Shown: piece by piece, positions 1-13,715 of the stretch
Position numbering within the stretch: position 1 is the first letter of the stretch
How the letters are laid out: each line of letters starts with the position of its first letter
From: the human T2T-CHM13v2.0 reference genome, Homo sapiens
Length of the DNA stretch: 64,000 nt
Assembly: GCF_009914755.1 (NCBI RefSeq)
Contig: NC_060931.1
Strand: one strand, 5' to 3'
The notes under the pieces: generated by a model
What the model was told of the DNA's origin: nothing
The model's database searches: none
What the model saw: the letters and a program-made list of their open reading frames with translations, nothing else
Made by a program: the position numbers and the translations under genes

Positions 1-339
1 TGTACATCAGAAAAAAAAGCCTGACTCCCCAGGCACAGAATGAACAGATTAAATTCCCTGGAAAAGAGTTTCACAGGAGCAGAGTTACATAAGCAGAGTG
101 AGTAGAGTTTGGCCTGGATCAACAGGAAATCTTGTTTTACATCTCAGCCTACAAACACAGACATAGGATGCATGAGAAGTCCGTTTTTACTGCAACATTA
201 AAGAACTGCAGCTAAGCATTACAGCATTGGCATCAAAATGTCCAGACTCACAAGAAGTAACTTGGCCTTGCCATCACAATCCCTCTTGCTAGTAAGCCCA
301 TCCTCTTCTCTGAAAGATGAGAGAATGGTTGACATTTCT

Positions 340-851
<512 letters not shown>

Positions 852-1449
852 CTAGAATGTAAGCTCCATAAGAGTAAAGATTTGGTTTTGTTCACAGCTG
901 TATCCCCAACACCTAGAATCTAGCAAGTGCCAAGATAAATGCTTGCTGTGCCAAATACTAGCAAGTGCCAAGATAAATATCTAGCAAGATAAATACTTGC
1001 TGAAGGAATTCCTCACCAGGTTAACCAAAGAATTTGTTTCTTAAAGGAACCAGAAAGAAGCATGTTTCCATATTAAGCATAAGGAAGCCACGTGTCTCCA
1101 TGGCTGTCTGGCTCCTGTGAAGCACTCCATCTATGGAGGATTTAGTCGAAACAACTTTGGAGGTGTTTCACCTCCCAATGTTGCTCCTAGATCAACAACT
1201 CACAAGCCCATCTGAGAAACAACACAGGTCATTCCCTAACTTACAAAAGTCCACTTCTCCTTTCTGCCAGCCTCCACCTCAACACATCTTCTACTTGTTA
1301 AATTCTAATTCACTCACAGGGGTCATTTCTCATGGCTGCTTGTCTGCTATGAGGCTCACTGAGGTTTTTGGCATAGAAGGCTATAAGCAGTTAAGATTCC
1401 CTTGTTTCCAATGCACTGTAGCCAATCTGAACATAAAACTATTGTGGTT

Positions 1450-1474
1450 TTGTTGTTGTTGTTGTTGTTGTTGT
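1450..1474. repeat. (TTG)8 microsatellite
   Basis: Read directly; source of the poly-Q and poly-C spurious ORFs. Confidence 0.95.
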
Positions 1475-4189
1475 TTTCTGAAAGAAATTTGTGTATCATA
1501 GATGTTGGCTTTGAATGCTGGAGTTTGCAAAGACATTTTTATACCCAGTTGCTCCTTGTTGTATAAATGTAGCAATATGCTAATATGGGTCTGTTTCAGA
1601 ATCAGGTTCAGCTGAAGCCCTGAAGGGACACAGCAGTAGGTAGCAAGGTGTGTATTATTTTATTAACCAGTAGTTTCATTCCCCTAGTGGTCCGTCCTTA
1701 GCTTCATGGTTACTTTAGACAACTTGATGAGCTAACCATAAACTTGCCTTCTTGGGTTCTTCTGTGTAGTGAGCCCGCAAAATGGAGCCCATGGTGGAAC
1801 CATAAGTGGCTCTGCTGATGATCAAGTGGGACGGAGTGCTGCAGTGTTGACTTAGCCTACCTCAAAGCTTGCTTTAATGCTGACTTAGCCTACCTCAGGG
1901 CTTGCTCTGTTACCTGGTACCCTCAGGAACTCCCTCCGACATATGTTGAGCAGGGTCAGACACAGTGGGTCATTTGGGCTCAGCATTATAGAAAAGGCCA
2001 CTCACCACAAAGGCCAGCTCTGAAGAAAGCAGGCATTATTGCAGAGATCAAGGCCTTACTGGAATGTTTAACCACCCTGGGGAATCTACAAGGTCATGGA
2101 CTGCTTCAGCCCAGGCCAGGGTATGTACAGGAAAACTTCTTGCTTCCATAGGTGCTGCAGAGGAAGAAGTTGGGTCACTTAAGTGTGTTCCTGGTGGTCA
2201 GTGGGGGAAGGGCATGCTTTTCGAGCACAAGCAAAGGGAGTATCAGTAACCTCTGGCTGATGCTATCCTCACGTTCTCAGGGCCTGTGCTGTCAGGTAGT
2301 AACTATGGAATGTGTGTGCTGCTGAGTCCCAACTAAGCTTTGGGGACATTGAAAAAAATTCAGGGTTTTTTTGTACTCATATGACATATAGTTGAGAATA
2401 GATTTAAAAAAAAAAAAAACTAAAGGACATTCTCTAAACAGAGAAGCACATGTTTTAAAAGCAAGACAAAAAGATTAAGTATGTGGGATCTTTGTGTCAG
2501 GAAATCTAAAGTATAAAGGATTGGGACTAGGCAGAAGATAGAGGATTGCAAGCTAGAAGATTTGTGTGACCAGAGCGTCCAAGAACACCCTCATGAAGGC
2601 ATGAGCAAAGTGGAGTTTCCCCAAATGCCATTAGGGATAGTGTTACAAGTGCCAATAGAAAAAAATCCCTGGGACAGCCCCATCCCTTTTCAGGGTCCAT
2701 CAAATGACCTGGCACAATGGACATTTGTTCAAGCTGTAATGACAGAGCTAGAGAAGCAAAGGCAATAAAAATGCAACTTACCTCTCTCTTCTATTACAAG
2801 AGAGAGAAATAAGATCAAGATAAAATAAGATCAAGCTTCCTGCAAGACTTATAGTGGTTTTTTCTCCACCATGTAAGCCTGAAAGACAAACTTAGACTCA
2901 CTCCACTGAAATAGCTCCATTTTAACTGAGTCAAAATGAAGAAAGTTTAATAAAACTTTGGTGAAATAGTGAAATGTAAATTCCAAATATTGGGATCTAT
3001 GTAGTTATGTGGTAATCTAATGCAGACTAACAGGGGTTGGAGTGGTTGTCTGCCATCTCAGATTTGTCCTTAATTAAAAAAAAAAAAAAAGATACCCCTA
3101 GCCTAATATGAAGAATAATAGAGTAAACCAACCTTTCCAGAAGCAACTCACCAGCCCATAGATACCATGACATTTTTTAAGTGCAGATAGCGTGTATGAA
3201 GTGCTACTGATTCTCCTGCGGGCAGTAGATCACGTGACTTATTGCAGTGTCTACAATACAGATGTCAAATAATCCAATTTTACAGCATTCTTTTCTTTCC
3301 TTTTATTGAAAGATGTTTGAGAGGACCGTATGCATGACAAGCATGCCACATGTGTGGGGACAGATTTCAGAGTGATGAAATCCATTCTAACTACAACTTT
3401 CTCTTGTCAAACTTGATTCCATCTATGCAAAGGCCATCTTTCCCTTCTTTCTGACAGTTGATTGTACTTGTTATGATCACATCGAATGACTTCTCTCACT
3501 TCTGTATTATCTGCCTTTCATCTCACTACAAATGCAATGAGTAACAGAATATTATAAAAATCCTCTTTGCCTTTAGTCTTTTTAAATGAAGTATGGTATT
3601 CGAAAATTATATTACTTTTGTATAGAATTAATTTGTTCTCACTAAGCTACAATTTCAAGAATAGGTATCCAATAAAAATAATTTCTAGGAGGTCAAATCT
3701 TTAAACAAAGAGACAATATTTATGTCATAGGTTTCTGTAACATAGGAGAGTAAATATTACCTTCAAGTCCAATGGCTTAGTGTCCTAGAGAAACATAAAC
3801 ATTGGTTATGCGGGTCTATTTGAGGTATAGTGATGACACTCTGACAGCAGTGTCTTCATCCATCCATCCATTGACCTATCCAGCTATTCAATAAATACTT
3901 ACTGAGTGCCTTCCAGTAAGTTGCACTATATAGGATACAGTTTCTATAATTAATTGGAAAAGTTTTACTTGTGACAAATTACATCAATTTATGATTGTGT
4001 CAGAATAAATGAATAAATTATAATTGTGTTTCATCCATTCAACATATATATGTGAAACAACTGTCTGTGGTAAAAATTACACAAAGTACTAAGGACACTA
4101 AGACTTGATTTAAGTAAATATTCCTTATCTGAGTAAGATAGGCATAACAGCTTTCTGGACTAGATAAAAGCAGTTGTGAGGAAAAATGA

Positions 4190-4639
4190 GTGATGACACT
4201 CAGCCTTCTGCTGAGCTTTCTTGTATTATGAGCAGCTGAGAAGCTAAAAGAAAAAACCTTGTTTCCCAGAATCCCTTGTGGCTAGATTTCTGAATGCCAG
4301 TCGGATGCATTCACAGGAAGTAAAGTGGAAGCCATCTTCCTGCTGCTTCACCAGTTTTGTGCTGGTAAGAGTCATCATGAAGATACTGGTTTCCTGTAGC
4401 AGCTTCTCAGTGGGAGCTGAGAGACAGACGTAGTGTTGGTGGCAAGCAACAGCTTCCTGACCCCAGGGATCAAAGTTCCAGTGAAATTCAGTGGATTTTA
4501 CACCTTCCTGATTGTGGCGGAGCAGGCCCATGACCACAATGGGCCAATAGAGAGGTGTCATTCCTAGAGGCCCAGTTAAAAGCCCATGTCTCTAACCCTT
4601 CCAGTGATTTCAAAAATGGCTAGTTGTCTGTATCCCATT

Positions 4640-4640
<1 letters not shown>
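4190..4640. mobile_element. Ancient ERVL LTR (LTR33/LTR16-like)
   Basis: TGAGCAGCTGAGAAGC...TTTCCCAGAATCCCTTGTGGCTAG motif; heavily diverged. Confidence 0.4.
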
Positions 4641-5127
<487 letters not shown>

Positions 5128-5649
5128 CATTCTATTTTAAATAGCCAGTTTTTGCTCTCTACAACAAAACATTAGCTGACAAATGAAGGCAAAAGAAATA
5201 TAGACATAAACCCACTGTGATGGAGGTTATGAAGAGACCAGCCAGGCTCATGTGTTAAGCACTTATGAATGTGAGTCCCACGAGAGACTGAAATTAGTGG
5301 TGCCTACTTTGCTGGACTGAATGGTTTTCCATGCCCTTCAAGCAATGGAAGAGACTTTGAAAATTTTTACTGGGGTGACAGAGTGATGAGACCCTAAAAG
5401 ACAGACTCCATTTATCTTTGTATCCTTGATATCTAACAGAGTCCTTGGGATATATTAACCCTCATTAAGGATTAGATGCAAAATTATGAGAGTATTGCTC
5501 TAGGATCATGAATCTGGTTTTGATGGCAGAGTAAGGAGGAGCAAGAGGAGGCAGAGAGCCGTGGGTGTTATCTAGGCATAAAGTGAAAGAAGGCAGGAGG
5601 AGTATGTGAAATATTTGAAGCAAGACTCAACGCTCACTAATGACCAGGT

Positions 5650-6050
5650 CAGTCAGGATTCAAGAGAAGCAGGACCAGTGGGAAATGTATATTAAGAGAC
5701 TGATTGCAAGGAACAATTGTGGGGGTTGGCTAGGCAAGTCTGAAATCCACAGTGCAGGTAGTCAGGAAGAACAGTCGGGACCTCTTGGGCACAGGTGGAT
5801 GCTGCTGTCCACAGGTGGAATTTTTTCTTCTTCAGGGAAGGCTCTGCTCTTAAGGCCTTCCAGCTGACTGAGTCCGGCCCACCCAAGTTACCTAGGATCA
5901 TCGCCTCGATTTAAAGTCAACTGATTTTTACTTTTAATCACATCTACAAAAATAGTAATACCTTCACCACAACACTTAAATGAGAGTTTGATTTAAAAAC
6001 TAGTGGCTGTAGCCCAGCCAAGGTTACACATCACAAAGACCATCTCAGTG
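5650..6050. mobile_element. MLT2-family (ERVL) LTR
   Basis: GAGAAGCAGGACCAGTGGG...GGCTAGGCAAGTCTGAAATCC...TTAAAGTCAACTGATT...AATCACATCTACAAAA. Confidence 0.7.
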
Positions 6051-6068
6051 ACCAAAGGAAAAGAAACC

Positions 6069-6380
6069 AGGCTGGGTGCGGTGGCTCATGCCTGTAATCC
6101 CAGCACTCTGGGAGGCCGAGACAGGTGGATTGCCTGAGGTCGGGAGTTCGAGACCAGGCTGGCCAACATGGTGAAACCCTGTCTCTAATAAAAAAAAAAA
6201 AAAATACAAAAAATCAGCTGGGCATGGTGGCAGGCGCCAGTAATCCTAGCTACTCAGCAGGCTGAGGCAGGAGAATCTCTCAGACTCGGAAGGCAGAGTT
6301 GCAGTGAGCCAAGATCATGCCATTGCACTCCAGCCTGGGCAACAAGAACGAAAATCCATCTCAGAAAAAAAAAAAAAAAG
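6069..6380 (+). mobile_element. AluS (Sq/Sp-like)
   Basis: Full dimer with an expanded middle A-tract and an A tail. Confidence 0.93.
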
Positions 6381-6578
6381 GAACCAAGTGAATAGAAAAG
6401 GACAAGCAAGGCGTCAGGCTTTGCAGGTCCATCTACTCCACTTGATGCTCTAACATCCATCCGCCTTTGAAATATTTACAGCTCTCTCAAGTATTCGAGT
6501 TGTTCAACTCTGTGAGATTCGCAGAGGTGATTTCCAGCTGAAATTACTACTCAGCAGACTAACCTCTATCTTAAGGTT

Positions 6579-6681
6579 AAGGCAACCCTACAATGTATTA
6601 CTCAAACTGGGACAATATTGAGAAAAAAAGCGTGTTCTTTAATTAGGACAGTTCCAGACACATCAGAACATGAGATCCCCT
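6579..6681. mobile_element. MER96-like hAT MITE (degenerate)
   Basis: CAAACTGGGACA...TTGAGA...GGACAGTTCCAGACA resembles the MER96 internal repeats. Confidence 0.4.
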
Positions 6682-7034
6682 GATTCAGCCCGAGATGCTG
6701 TTGGACCATCTTTTAACTCACTTATCAATGTTTTTTTTAACATGTATGGATACACAATGTACCTCCTGACCACTTTTAATGTCTTAAGGTGGGGGGGGGG
6801 CGGTGGTGAGGGAAATGCAGTTAAATCCAGAGCTTTATTTGTTAAAATTTACATGGAGTAATTTTATTGACACTGAAGGATATTTTTAAAAAACAAGTGA
6901 TATTTATCCTTAAATGGGCCAATTTGGTACAAGTGGAAGGATTTTTGTAAAAAAGGATTTAATGTTTTCATAAACATTAAGAGAATAAAAATGGTAAACA
7001 ATTAATAGCCCTCATACCATCCTTTAAACAGACA

Positions 7035-7300
7035 GTAGAGTATCATAGTTAGGAGTTTGACATTGGTGTGAGACTGCCTGGGTTCATCTCCCAACTCCTT
7101 TGTTATTAATTATGTGAACTTGGACAAGTTTCTTAGTCCCTGTAGGCCTCACTTTTCCCACCTGTAAGATGAGAATACAAATCAAGCCCAACTATAATAG
7201 GAGCATTTTGAGGATTCAATAAAACAATGCATGTTGAAAATGCTTGGCACCATTCCCGGCACATGATACATTTTCAATAACCATGAGGCATTATATTGTA
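7035..7300 (+). mobile_element. MIR
   Basis: AGACTGCCTGGGTTCA...TGTGAACTTGGACAAGTT...GCCTCACTTTTCCCACCTGTAAGATG. Confidence 0.75.
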
Positions 7301-9190
7301 ATATAGCTATGCAATCTTTGAGCCAAAATTTCAAATAAGATTTTTTCAGGCAACACAATAAAATGCTATCCATGTGTATTTACTTTATGACTATTACTAT
7401 TTGGTAGTGTTTTACTTCTGTTTAATGTCATGTCCATTCAAATTATATTATCCTGATGGCAACACCATACTGTACATGGAAGTATCTTTCTGTATAAAAG
7501 ACTAAACTCTCCCAGAGCAATGTTAAGCATTATCCACATCTTCAAAACCTTTTTCATAAATGTGGCTTTTATCCATGAAGTATAATTATTGAATATAGCT
7601 ACACCATTTGCAAGCATGATTGTAAAGCAATAAAAATAACGGTGTTGGAATAATTATGTTTTTGAGATTTCTGCTGAGAGCAAAACCAGCAAAGTCATAG
7701 CTCTGCTCAACCTTACTAGAAATGAGGGGGAATAAAATAGCTTTCCCACTATGCTAGGTAGTTTATGAGACTATCTCTAGACAATTCATTAGTTCTAAAG
7801 TGACATGAAAATCAATTAATTTTAATGGTGGATAACAGATTATGGTATTTAATAGTTCATCTAATTTCATGAGGCAAAGTGAATTATACAATGCAGTGTA
7901 AATCTAATAAGAATTGTGAGGGCTCGTTTGACTATTTGTCAAATGCAAAAATGAATGAGCACATCAGGAATTAGATATAAACTAAAGCATTCTATATGAA
8001 TTGTGTTTAGTTTTTATGCAGAATTAAGTTATAAGCCTTAAGGAACATAAAACATATGGACTCTATTCCTGTTTAGCTTGCTCTTAAAACTTATTCATTA
8101 AGCGCTTACTATCTAAGCTGTGGTATGTCTATTAAGGAAGACAACACAGAGTGAGATATGCATTGTCCTCTCACTGTTCTTTTCTTTCTAAAAATAAGTA
8201 GAATAATTTGGAAATATTTGTGTTAAAAAGTTCTTCATGAAGGATTATTTATGAACAATTGAACAGATGGAGGACAAGGTTCTCACATTCCATTCATCTG
8301 TGTGGTAAAAATGACCTATTTTCCCTAATAAATAATTTGTATCATTCTTAAGCCCATTTTAACTCCTACAAGAGGCCACTTCATAGGATTTAGCACCCTT
8401 GAGACTTTGGGCTAATAATCCTCTCCCTTCCCCAAATAACACAATTTACAGCCCAATTTCTATTCCCCAGTAGAACAAAATGCACAGAGGCAACTTCACT
8501 AGAAAGTTTGTTTTTCAAACGCTGTTAAACGATTTCTTTGCAATAGTTTCAGCACTGCAGTAAAGGAATCACCAGGTCACAGATGCCTGGTTTCTATTGA
8601 TTCTCCTAGTTAATAAAGAGTTAAACAGTGAAGTGTGGTCTTTTATTTTTATTTTATTTTATTTTTTAAAAAGGCATTTTGAAGGTGCTGGAGAGGGAAG
8701 GCCTGGTCCTAAGTGGTCATGTGGCTCCCGCCATTCATCTTGGTAGTGACTATCTGTCAAAAGTGGCAAGAGTCCCTGTTAACAGCCCTGACCTGAGCGG
8801 TAATGAAGGGAGAGTGCACGGCAAAGTGTCCATTATCAGCAGGTCGGGAGCAGTAAATTGGAGCAGTTTGCTTCAATCTTGCTGCAAGTTGAAATGTAAG
8901 ATAGGTGGGGATCAGCAAGAGGCAATTTTATCCTATGATCATTTTTGTCAGATCGCATCAGAGTGGCAACTTAGTTCGATGCATGATTTCAATTAACCAA
9001 GTCTGGCCGTAATGCTTCCACTGCCGGGGGAAGCTCTTTTCTGAGCCTGGGTTCCTCATTATTTATTATTTAAACCCACTGAAGCACATGCAGGTGAGAG
9101 AACCTTCGATGTTAGGAAAAGGGAGAACATACGTAAATGGCAACGGATGCAAACAGACCTCACATCTGCACAGCAAGGATCACAGCGTCC

Positions 9191-9216
9191 GGGGTGGGCC
9201 GGGGGCTGGGCGGGGG
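9191..9216 (+). promoter_or_regulatory. G-quadruplex-forming motif containing a GC box
   Basis: GGGG-T-GGG-CC-GGGGG-CT-GGG-C-GGGGG: five G-runs with 1-2 nt loops; includes GGGCGG. Confidence 0.6.
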
Positions 9217-9464
9217 AGGTATGTGCGGCTAAAGGCTTATCTGCAAATTTCCACACTCATAAATCTGTTTTTAATGACCTTCAACTTTGAATTTTTAATG
9301 GATTGACTTGCATGCTGTCTAGTCTTTGACAAAAATATTAGCCTTTTGGGTGGCAGTTTTAGGGAGGATGAGGTCACAAAATTCTGTACTTGTGCTTAGT
9401 CAGGTGAAGCTACTCCCAAGCACAAGAAAAATCAGGGTGAAGCTCAAGCCTGAAGCTTTAACTC

Positions 9465-9774
9465 TTTTTTTTTTTTTAATTTTCTTTTTTTGTGAGGCAG
9501 AGTCTCACTCTCTCACCCAGGCTGGAGTGCAGTGGCACAGTCTTGGATCACTGCAACCACTGCCCCCAGGTTCAAGCGATTCTCATGTGTCAGCCTCCTG
9601 TGTAGCTGGGACTGCAGGTGCGCACCACCATGCCCGGCTAATTTTTGTATTTTTAGTACAGATGTGGTTTCACCATGTTGTCCAGGCTAGTCTCGAACTC
9701 CTGGACTCAAGTGATCCGCCTGCCTTGGCCTCCCAAAGCGCTGAGATTACAGGCATGAGCCACTGTGCCTGGTC
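9465..9774 (-). mobile_element. Alu (Jb/Sz-like)
   Basis: Full dimer; TSD TGAAGCTTTAACT at 9451-9463 and 9775-9787. Confidence 0.93.
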
Positions 9775-10160
9775 TGAAGCTTTAACTTTTTAATGCTTGA
9801 GAAATGTTCACTTGCTGAATACTTGGTTCAATGTGAATGATAAATACACAATAAATACTTGGTTCAATGATTCTATAAAAGTGAATGCTTGGTTGAATGA
9901 TTCTATAAAATGTGTGCATATGTGCATAGGTAAGGCCATCTCTGCTTCTGAGGAACTTACAATTCAGGAGGAGAAAGAAGACAAACATGATAACTATAAT
10001 AAAAGTAGGGAATGCCATCAGAAAGAAACAAAGTTCTGTAGAAATTTAGAAACAGGCCACTTTTGGATGGGGACATCGGGGCAAACATGAATGAGATAAA
10101 CACAGAAGTTGGGTCTTGATAGATGGTTAGGATAGTTCCAGGTGAAATTAGAAAGTGGCC

Positions 10161-10739
10161 GTATTCATTTTCTTTGCAGCCTAACAAATTACTACAAAGT
10201 TAGCTGTTTACAACAACACCAATGTATTATCTCACAGCTTCTGTGGATCGGAAATTGGGTTTCCTATATCCTTTGCTCAGGATCTCACTAGGCTGAAAGT
10301 AAGGAGTCAGCTGGTGCTGCAGTCTCATCTGAGGCTTGAGCTCCTCATCTAAACTCACAGGCTGGCTGCAGAATTCAGTTCTTACAGTTGTAAGACTCCA
10401 TCCACACTCATTGATGCCAACTGAGAATTGTTCTCAGCTCCTAGAGGCCACTTGCTGTTCCCTGCCATGTAGCTCACTCCACAACATGGCAGCTTGCTCC
10501 TTCAAGACCAGCAGGAGTAATCTCTGACTTTAGGAGGGGCCTCGTCCCTTTTTAGCATTTATCTGATTAGGTCAGTCTCACTCAGATGGTCTCCCTTTTG
10601 ATTAACTCAGTTGACTGTTGGTAATGGGACCACAGGAGTGACATCTCATCATCTTCACAGGTTCTGCTCACACTCAAGGTTAGGAGACTATACCAGAAGG
10701 TGGGAACTCTGGGGCCCATCTGAGAATTCTGCCTACCAT
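10161..10739 (-). mobile_element. MLT1E/F-like MaLR LTR
   Basis: TAACAAATTACTACAAA...ATTATCTCACAG...GCAGAATTCAGTTCTT...AGAATTCTGCCTACCA. Confidence 0.75.
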
Positions 10740-12030
10740 GATGGCTTTGCACTGTAGAAAGAATAGCTTTGAGAATAAGGAGTTGGAGGAAATACAGGTA
10801 AAGCTTGGGAACTGGAAATGTGTCAGTGTTTTCTCAACCAAATGAAAAAAAAAATGGAGGTGGTTGGAAAATACTGGCTTAGAAATGGATTTTAGATCAA
10901 GTCCATGGAGCACCTAGAATTTCAGGGCAAAAAGCCATCAGAGGTTTTTAAACGGTGATAAAATCATCATAATTTTTAGGAAAATGATTCTGGTGTACAG
11001 GATAGATTGAAAGAGAAGGATGTGTTTAGTCTGTCTCTCCATTCAAGGATGGATTCTTTGAGGACAGCGTCTTTGCTGCTGCCCACTTATGTAGCCCCAA
11101 GTGGAACATAGTAGGCACTCATTACATGTTTTTGAGTAAGTGAATAAAGGTGGGCAGAGCAGATAGGAAACTATTGTCATAGTCTGGGTGAGCAATATTA
11201 GAGAGGAATTGGAGAGGCAGCAATGCAAATGGAAAGAGGAAATGTATTGAAAAGATATTACAGAAGTGTAAGCAATAGGCTTTACAGATGTGGAATAGGA
11301 AGAAAAGAGAAATCAAAGGTAATGTCAAGATTTATAATGTGGGTTCCTGGGAAACTGAAAAGCAATAAAAAGAATAAATTATTATTTAGCCACAAAACCA
11401 CCAATTATATTGCTAAGCTTTTTACTTTTGAGGCAGATTTTTTAGTGTTTTGTGGACAGACACGAATTGTATTCACTAATAGTATGTATTTTGCAACTGG
11501 CCTGTAGTCATTTTATTTAAAAATTAAGCAAAATAATGCCCACGATCTTAATGGCAGATTAACCACATGCGTATATGGCTCCTCTTTTCCCCTAAGCCCT
11601 GCCAACATAAGAGAAAATACATTTTTAAAGATATTGACTCACATATATAAAAGAATGAGAGCAAAGACAACAGCATACGAGAGTTTTCAATGTACCTTTG
11701 AATAAGTGAAGTCAATGAGTGTGTAGCAACCCATTCAGCAGTGATTACCTACCATAAGGTAGCCAATTCCCTGCAGCTCCTGAAAGGGTCAGACTAAGAA
11801 ACCCAAGGACCCAGAGAAGATGGGAGTTGGGGGCTAGGTGGGAACCAATGGGTTTAATTGAAAGTCTGTGACATCAGTTGGTGCCCAGGGCACCTCTCCC
11901 ACCCTACCCAAGTCCTCCCAGCTGCTGCCTCTCAAGCCTCACACCTGTCAGGAGAAAGGAGCTGCATGCTTTTAGAAGATAATTTCATCTCTCTGCAATA
12001 TCTTTTTAAAATCTTGGTCACCTCATACAT

Positions 12031-12073
12031 TCTCTCTCTCTCTCTCCACACACACACACACACACACACACAC
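12031..12073. repeat. (TC)n(CA)n compound microsatellite
   Basis: Read directly from the sequence. Confidence 0.95.
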
Positions 12074-12615
12074 GTCCTCAATTAACATCATTTTATTCAA
12101 CATTGTTTTGTTATAGCATTGATAGATTCCTAGTCTGGGCCACAGTGTGTGTGGAGTTTGCACCTGCTCCCCATGTCTGCATGAGTTTTTTCTGGTTCCT
12201 CTGGTTTTCTCCCACATCCCAAAGATGTGCCTGTTGGGTGAACTGGCATGTCTACATGGTTCCCATGTGAGTGCGTGCGGGCGTGTGTGTGAGCGCACCA
12301 TGCCATGGGATGGCATCCTGTCCAGGGCTGGTTCCTAACTTGCGCCCTGAGCCGGAATAACTGGGTAAATATTTATCTTGTTTTCACTAATCTTTTTTAC
12401 ATGTATATCTCACATTTATTTTATTGTTTAATATTAGAAGCATTTTGGTCTTTATTGAGAAGTTTGGTGATTTTTTTGTGACAACAAATATGCCATAGGA
12501 ACTTAACTCTTGTTTCTATTAATTAGCCTATGGTAAAATTTGTTTCATTATACATCATTTCACTTAAAGTTGTGGTTTCTAAGAACCTATTGATGACATT
12601 ATCTGAGGACTACTG
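12072..12615. mobile_element. MER6/MER6A TcMar-Tigger element carrying a V-SINE-like core
   Basis: Terminal GTCCTCAATTAACATC and GACATTATCTGAGGACTACTG|TA inverted ends; internal GTGTGTGGAGTTTGCAC...CTCCCCATGTCTGC...CTCCCACATCCCAAAGATGTGC. Confidence 0.8.
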
Positions 12616-12676
12616 TACACACACATATATAAATATATACACACATGCACAAGTGCATATTCACAAGCTTGTATAG

Positions 12677-12707
12677 GTGTGTGTGTGTGTGTGTGTAGAG
12701 AGAGAGA
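12677..12707. repeat. (GT)n(AG)n compound microsatellite
   Basis: Read directly from the sequence. Confidence 0.9.
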
Positions 12708-12709
12708 AT

Positions 12710-13420
12710 CATCAGAGATAAAAGAAGCATTTTTTCCCATAAAGCAAGAAGAGAATACTATGAAAACGTAACAAAGAAAAGGAAAATTTATAATTTAAAT
12801 CTTGATAATTTAAAATATAATAAAAATTTTAATTTCAACTGGGAGATAACATGAAAACAAAACCTTCCTGAAATTCGACCAAATAGAAAAAGAAATGGAA
12901 GTTTTATAGGAAACTAGAGGAATAATCCAGGAAATCCATATTTAAGTAAGTTTTGGTTCAGAAAAATAGAACAGAGAAATGCAGGAGAGGAAGTTATCAA
13001 AAAAAATACAAGAAAAATTCTCAGAACTGGCAGACAGGTATCTCCAGATTAAAAGGGAACCCTGAATATCCAAGAAAAAAAAATTAAGATCTTTATCTTT
13101 ACAAAATTTCAGAACATCGGAAATAAGGAAAAGGTTCTAAAAGTTTTCTGGAGAGGAAAACAGGTCACATTTGAAAGATTTAAATTCAGAATGATAGCAG
13201 ACTTCTAAAGAACAACAAAATCCTGGAAAACAATGGAACAATAGCTTCAAGCTTCCGAATAAAATAATTTTTTAACCTAGCATTTTCTACTCAACCATGG
13301 TATCAACCGAGTGCAAAAATAAAGTCTCTACAGAAAGGGAAGAAACCAGAGCACATACTTCTCAATCTTTCTTTCTTAAGAAGCTCCTTGCGGTTGTGCT
13401 TTTACAAAACAAGAAGTTAA
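12710..13420 (+). mobile_element. Ancient L1M/HAL1-like ORF1-region fragment
   Basis: A-rich, with AGAACAGAGAAAT...TCAAAAAAAATACAAGAAAAATTCTCAGAACTG...CTCCAGATTAAAAGGG...CAGAATGATAGCAGACTTCT typical of old L1 ORF1. Confidence 0.55.
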
Positions 13421-13684
13421 CCAAATGAGAGAGACATAGTATCAGAAAAGGTAGGATAGGATAATGGAGAATGATGAAGAGAAGTTTCATTGTGAACTCT
13501 GTGCAGCTGACCCAGACGGCAGGTACTCCAGATTGAGCAGAGGCCAGAGGGCTCCTACAGGGTCTCAGGCAGAAAGTAGAAGGGAAATTGAATTGCTGGG
13601 TTTTAATAATGCAAAATATCAATAAACATGCAACAACAGTTCTGGAACATTTGAAGAAAATACAACAGATAACCGAGAAACAAG

Positions 13685-13715
<31 letters not shown>

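Noticed and set aside
1133-1575. Poly-Cys and poly-Gln ORFs
   Set aside because: Produced by the (TTG)8 microsatellite; no splice or homology support.
1590-2770. Possible ancient LTR-retroelement internal (gag-like) remnant
   Set aside because: The composition is suggestive but I could not match any motif; a Dfam search is needed.
3230-3238. TCACGTGAC E-box/CLEAR motif
   Set aside because: A single short motif with no promoter context; expected by chance.
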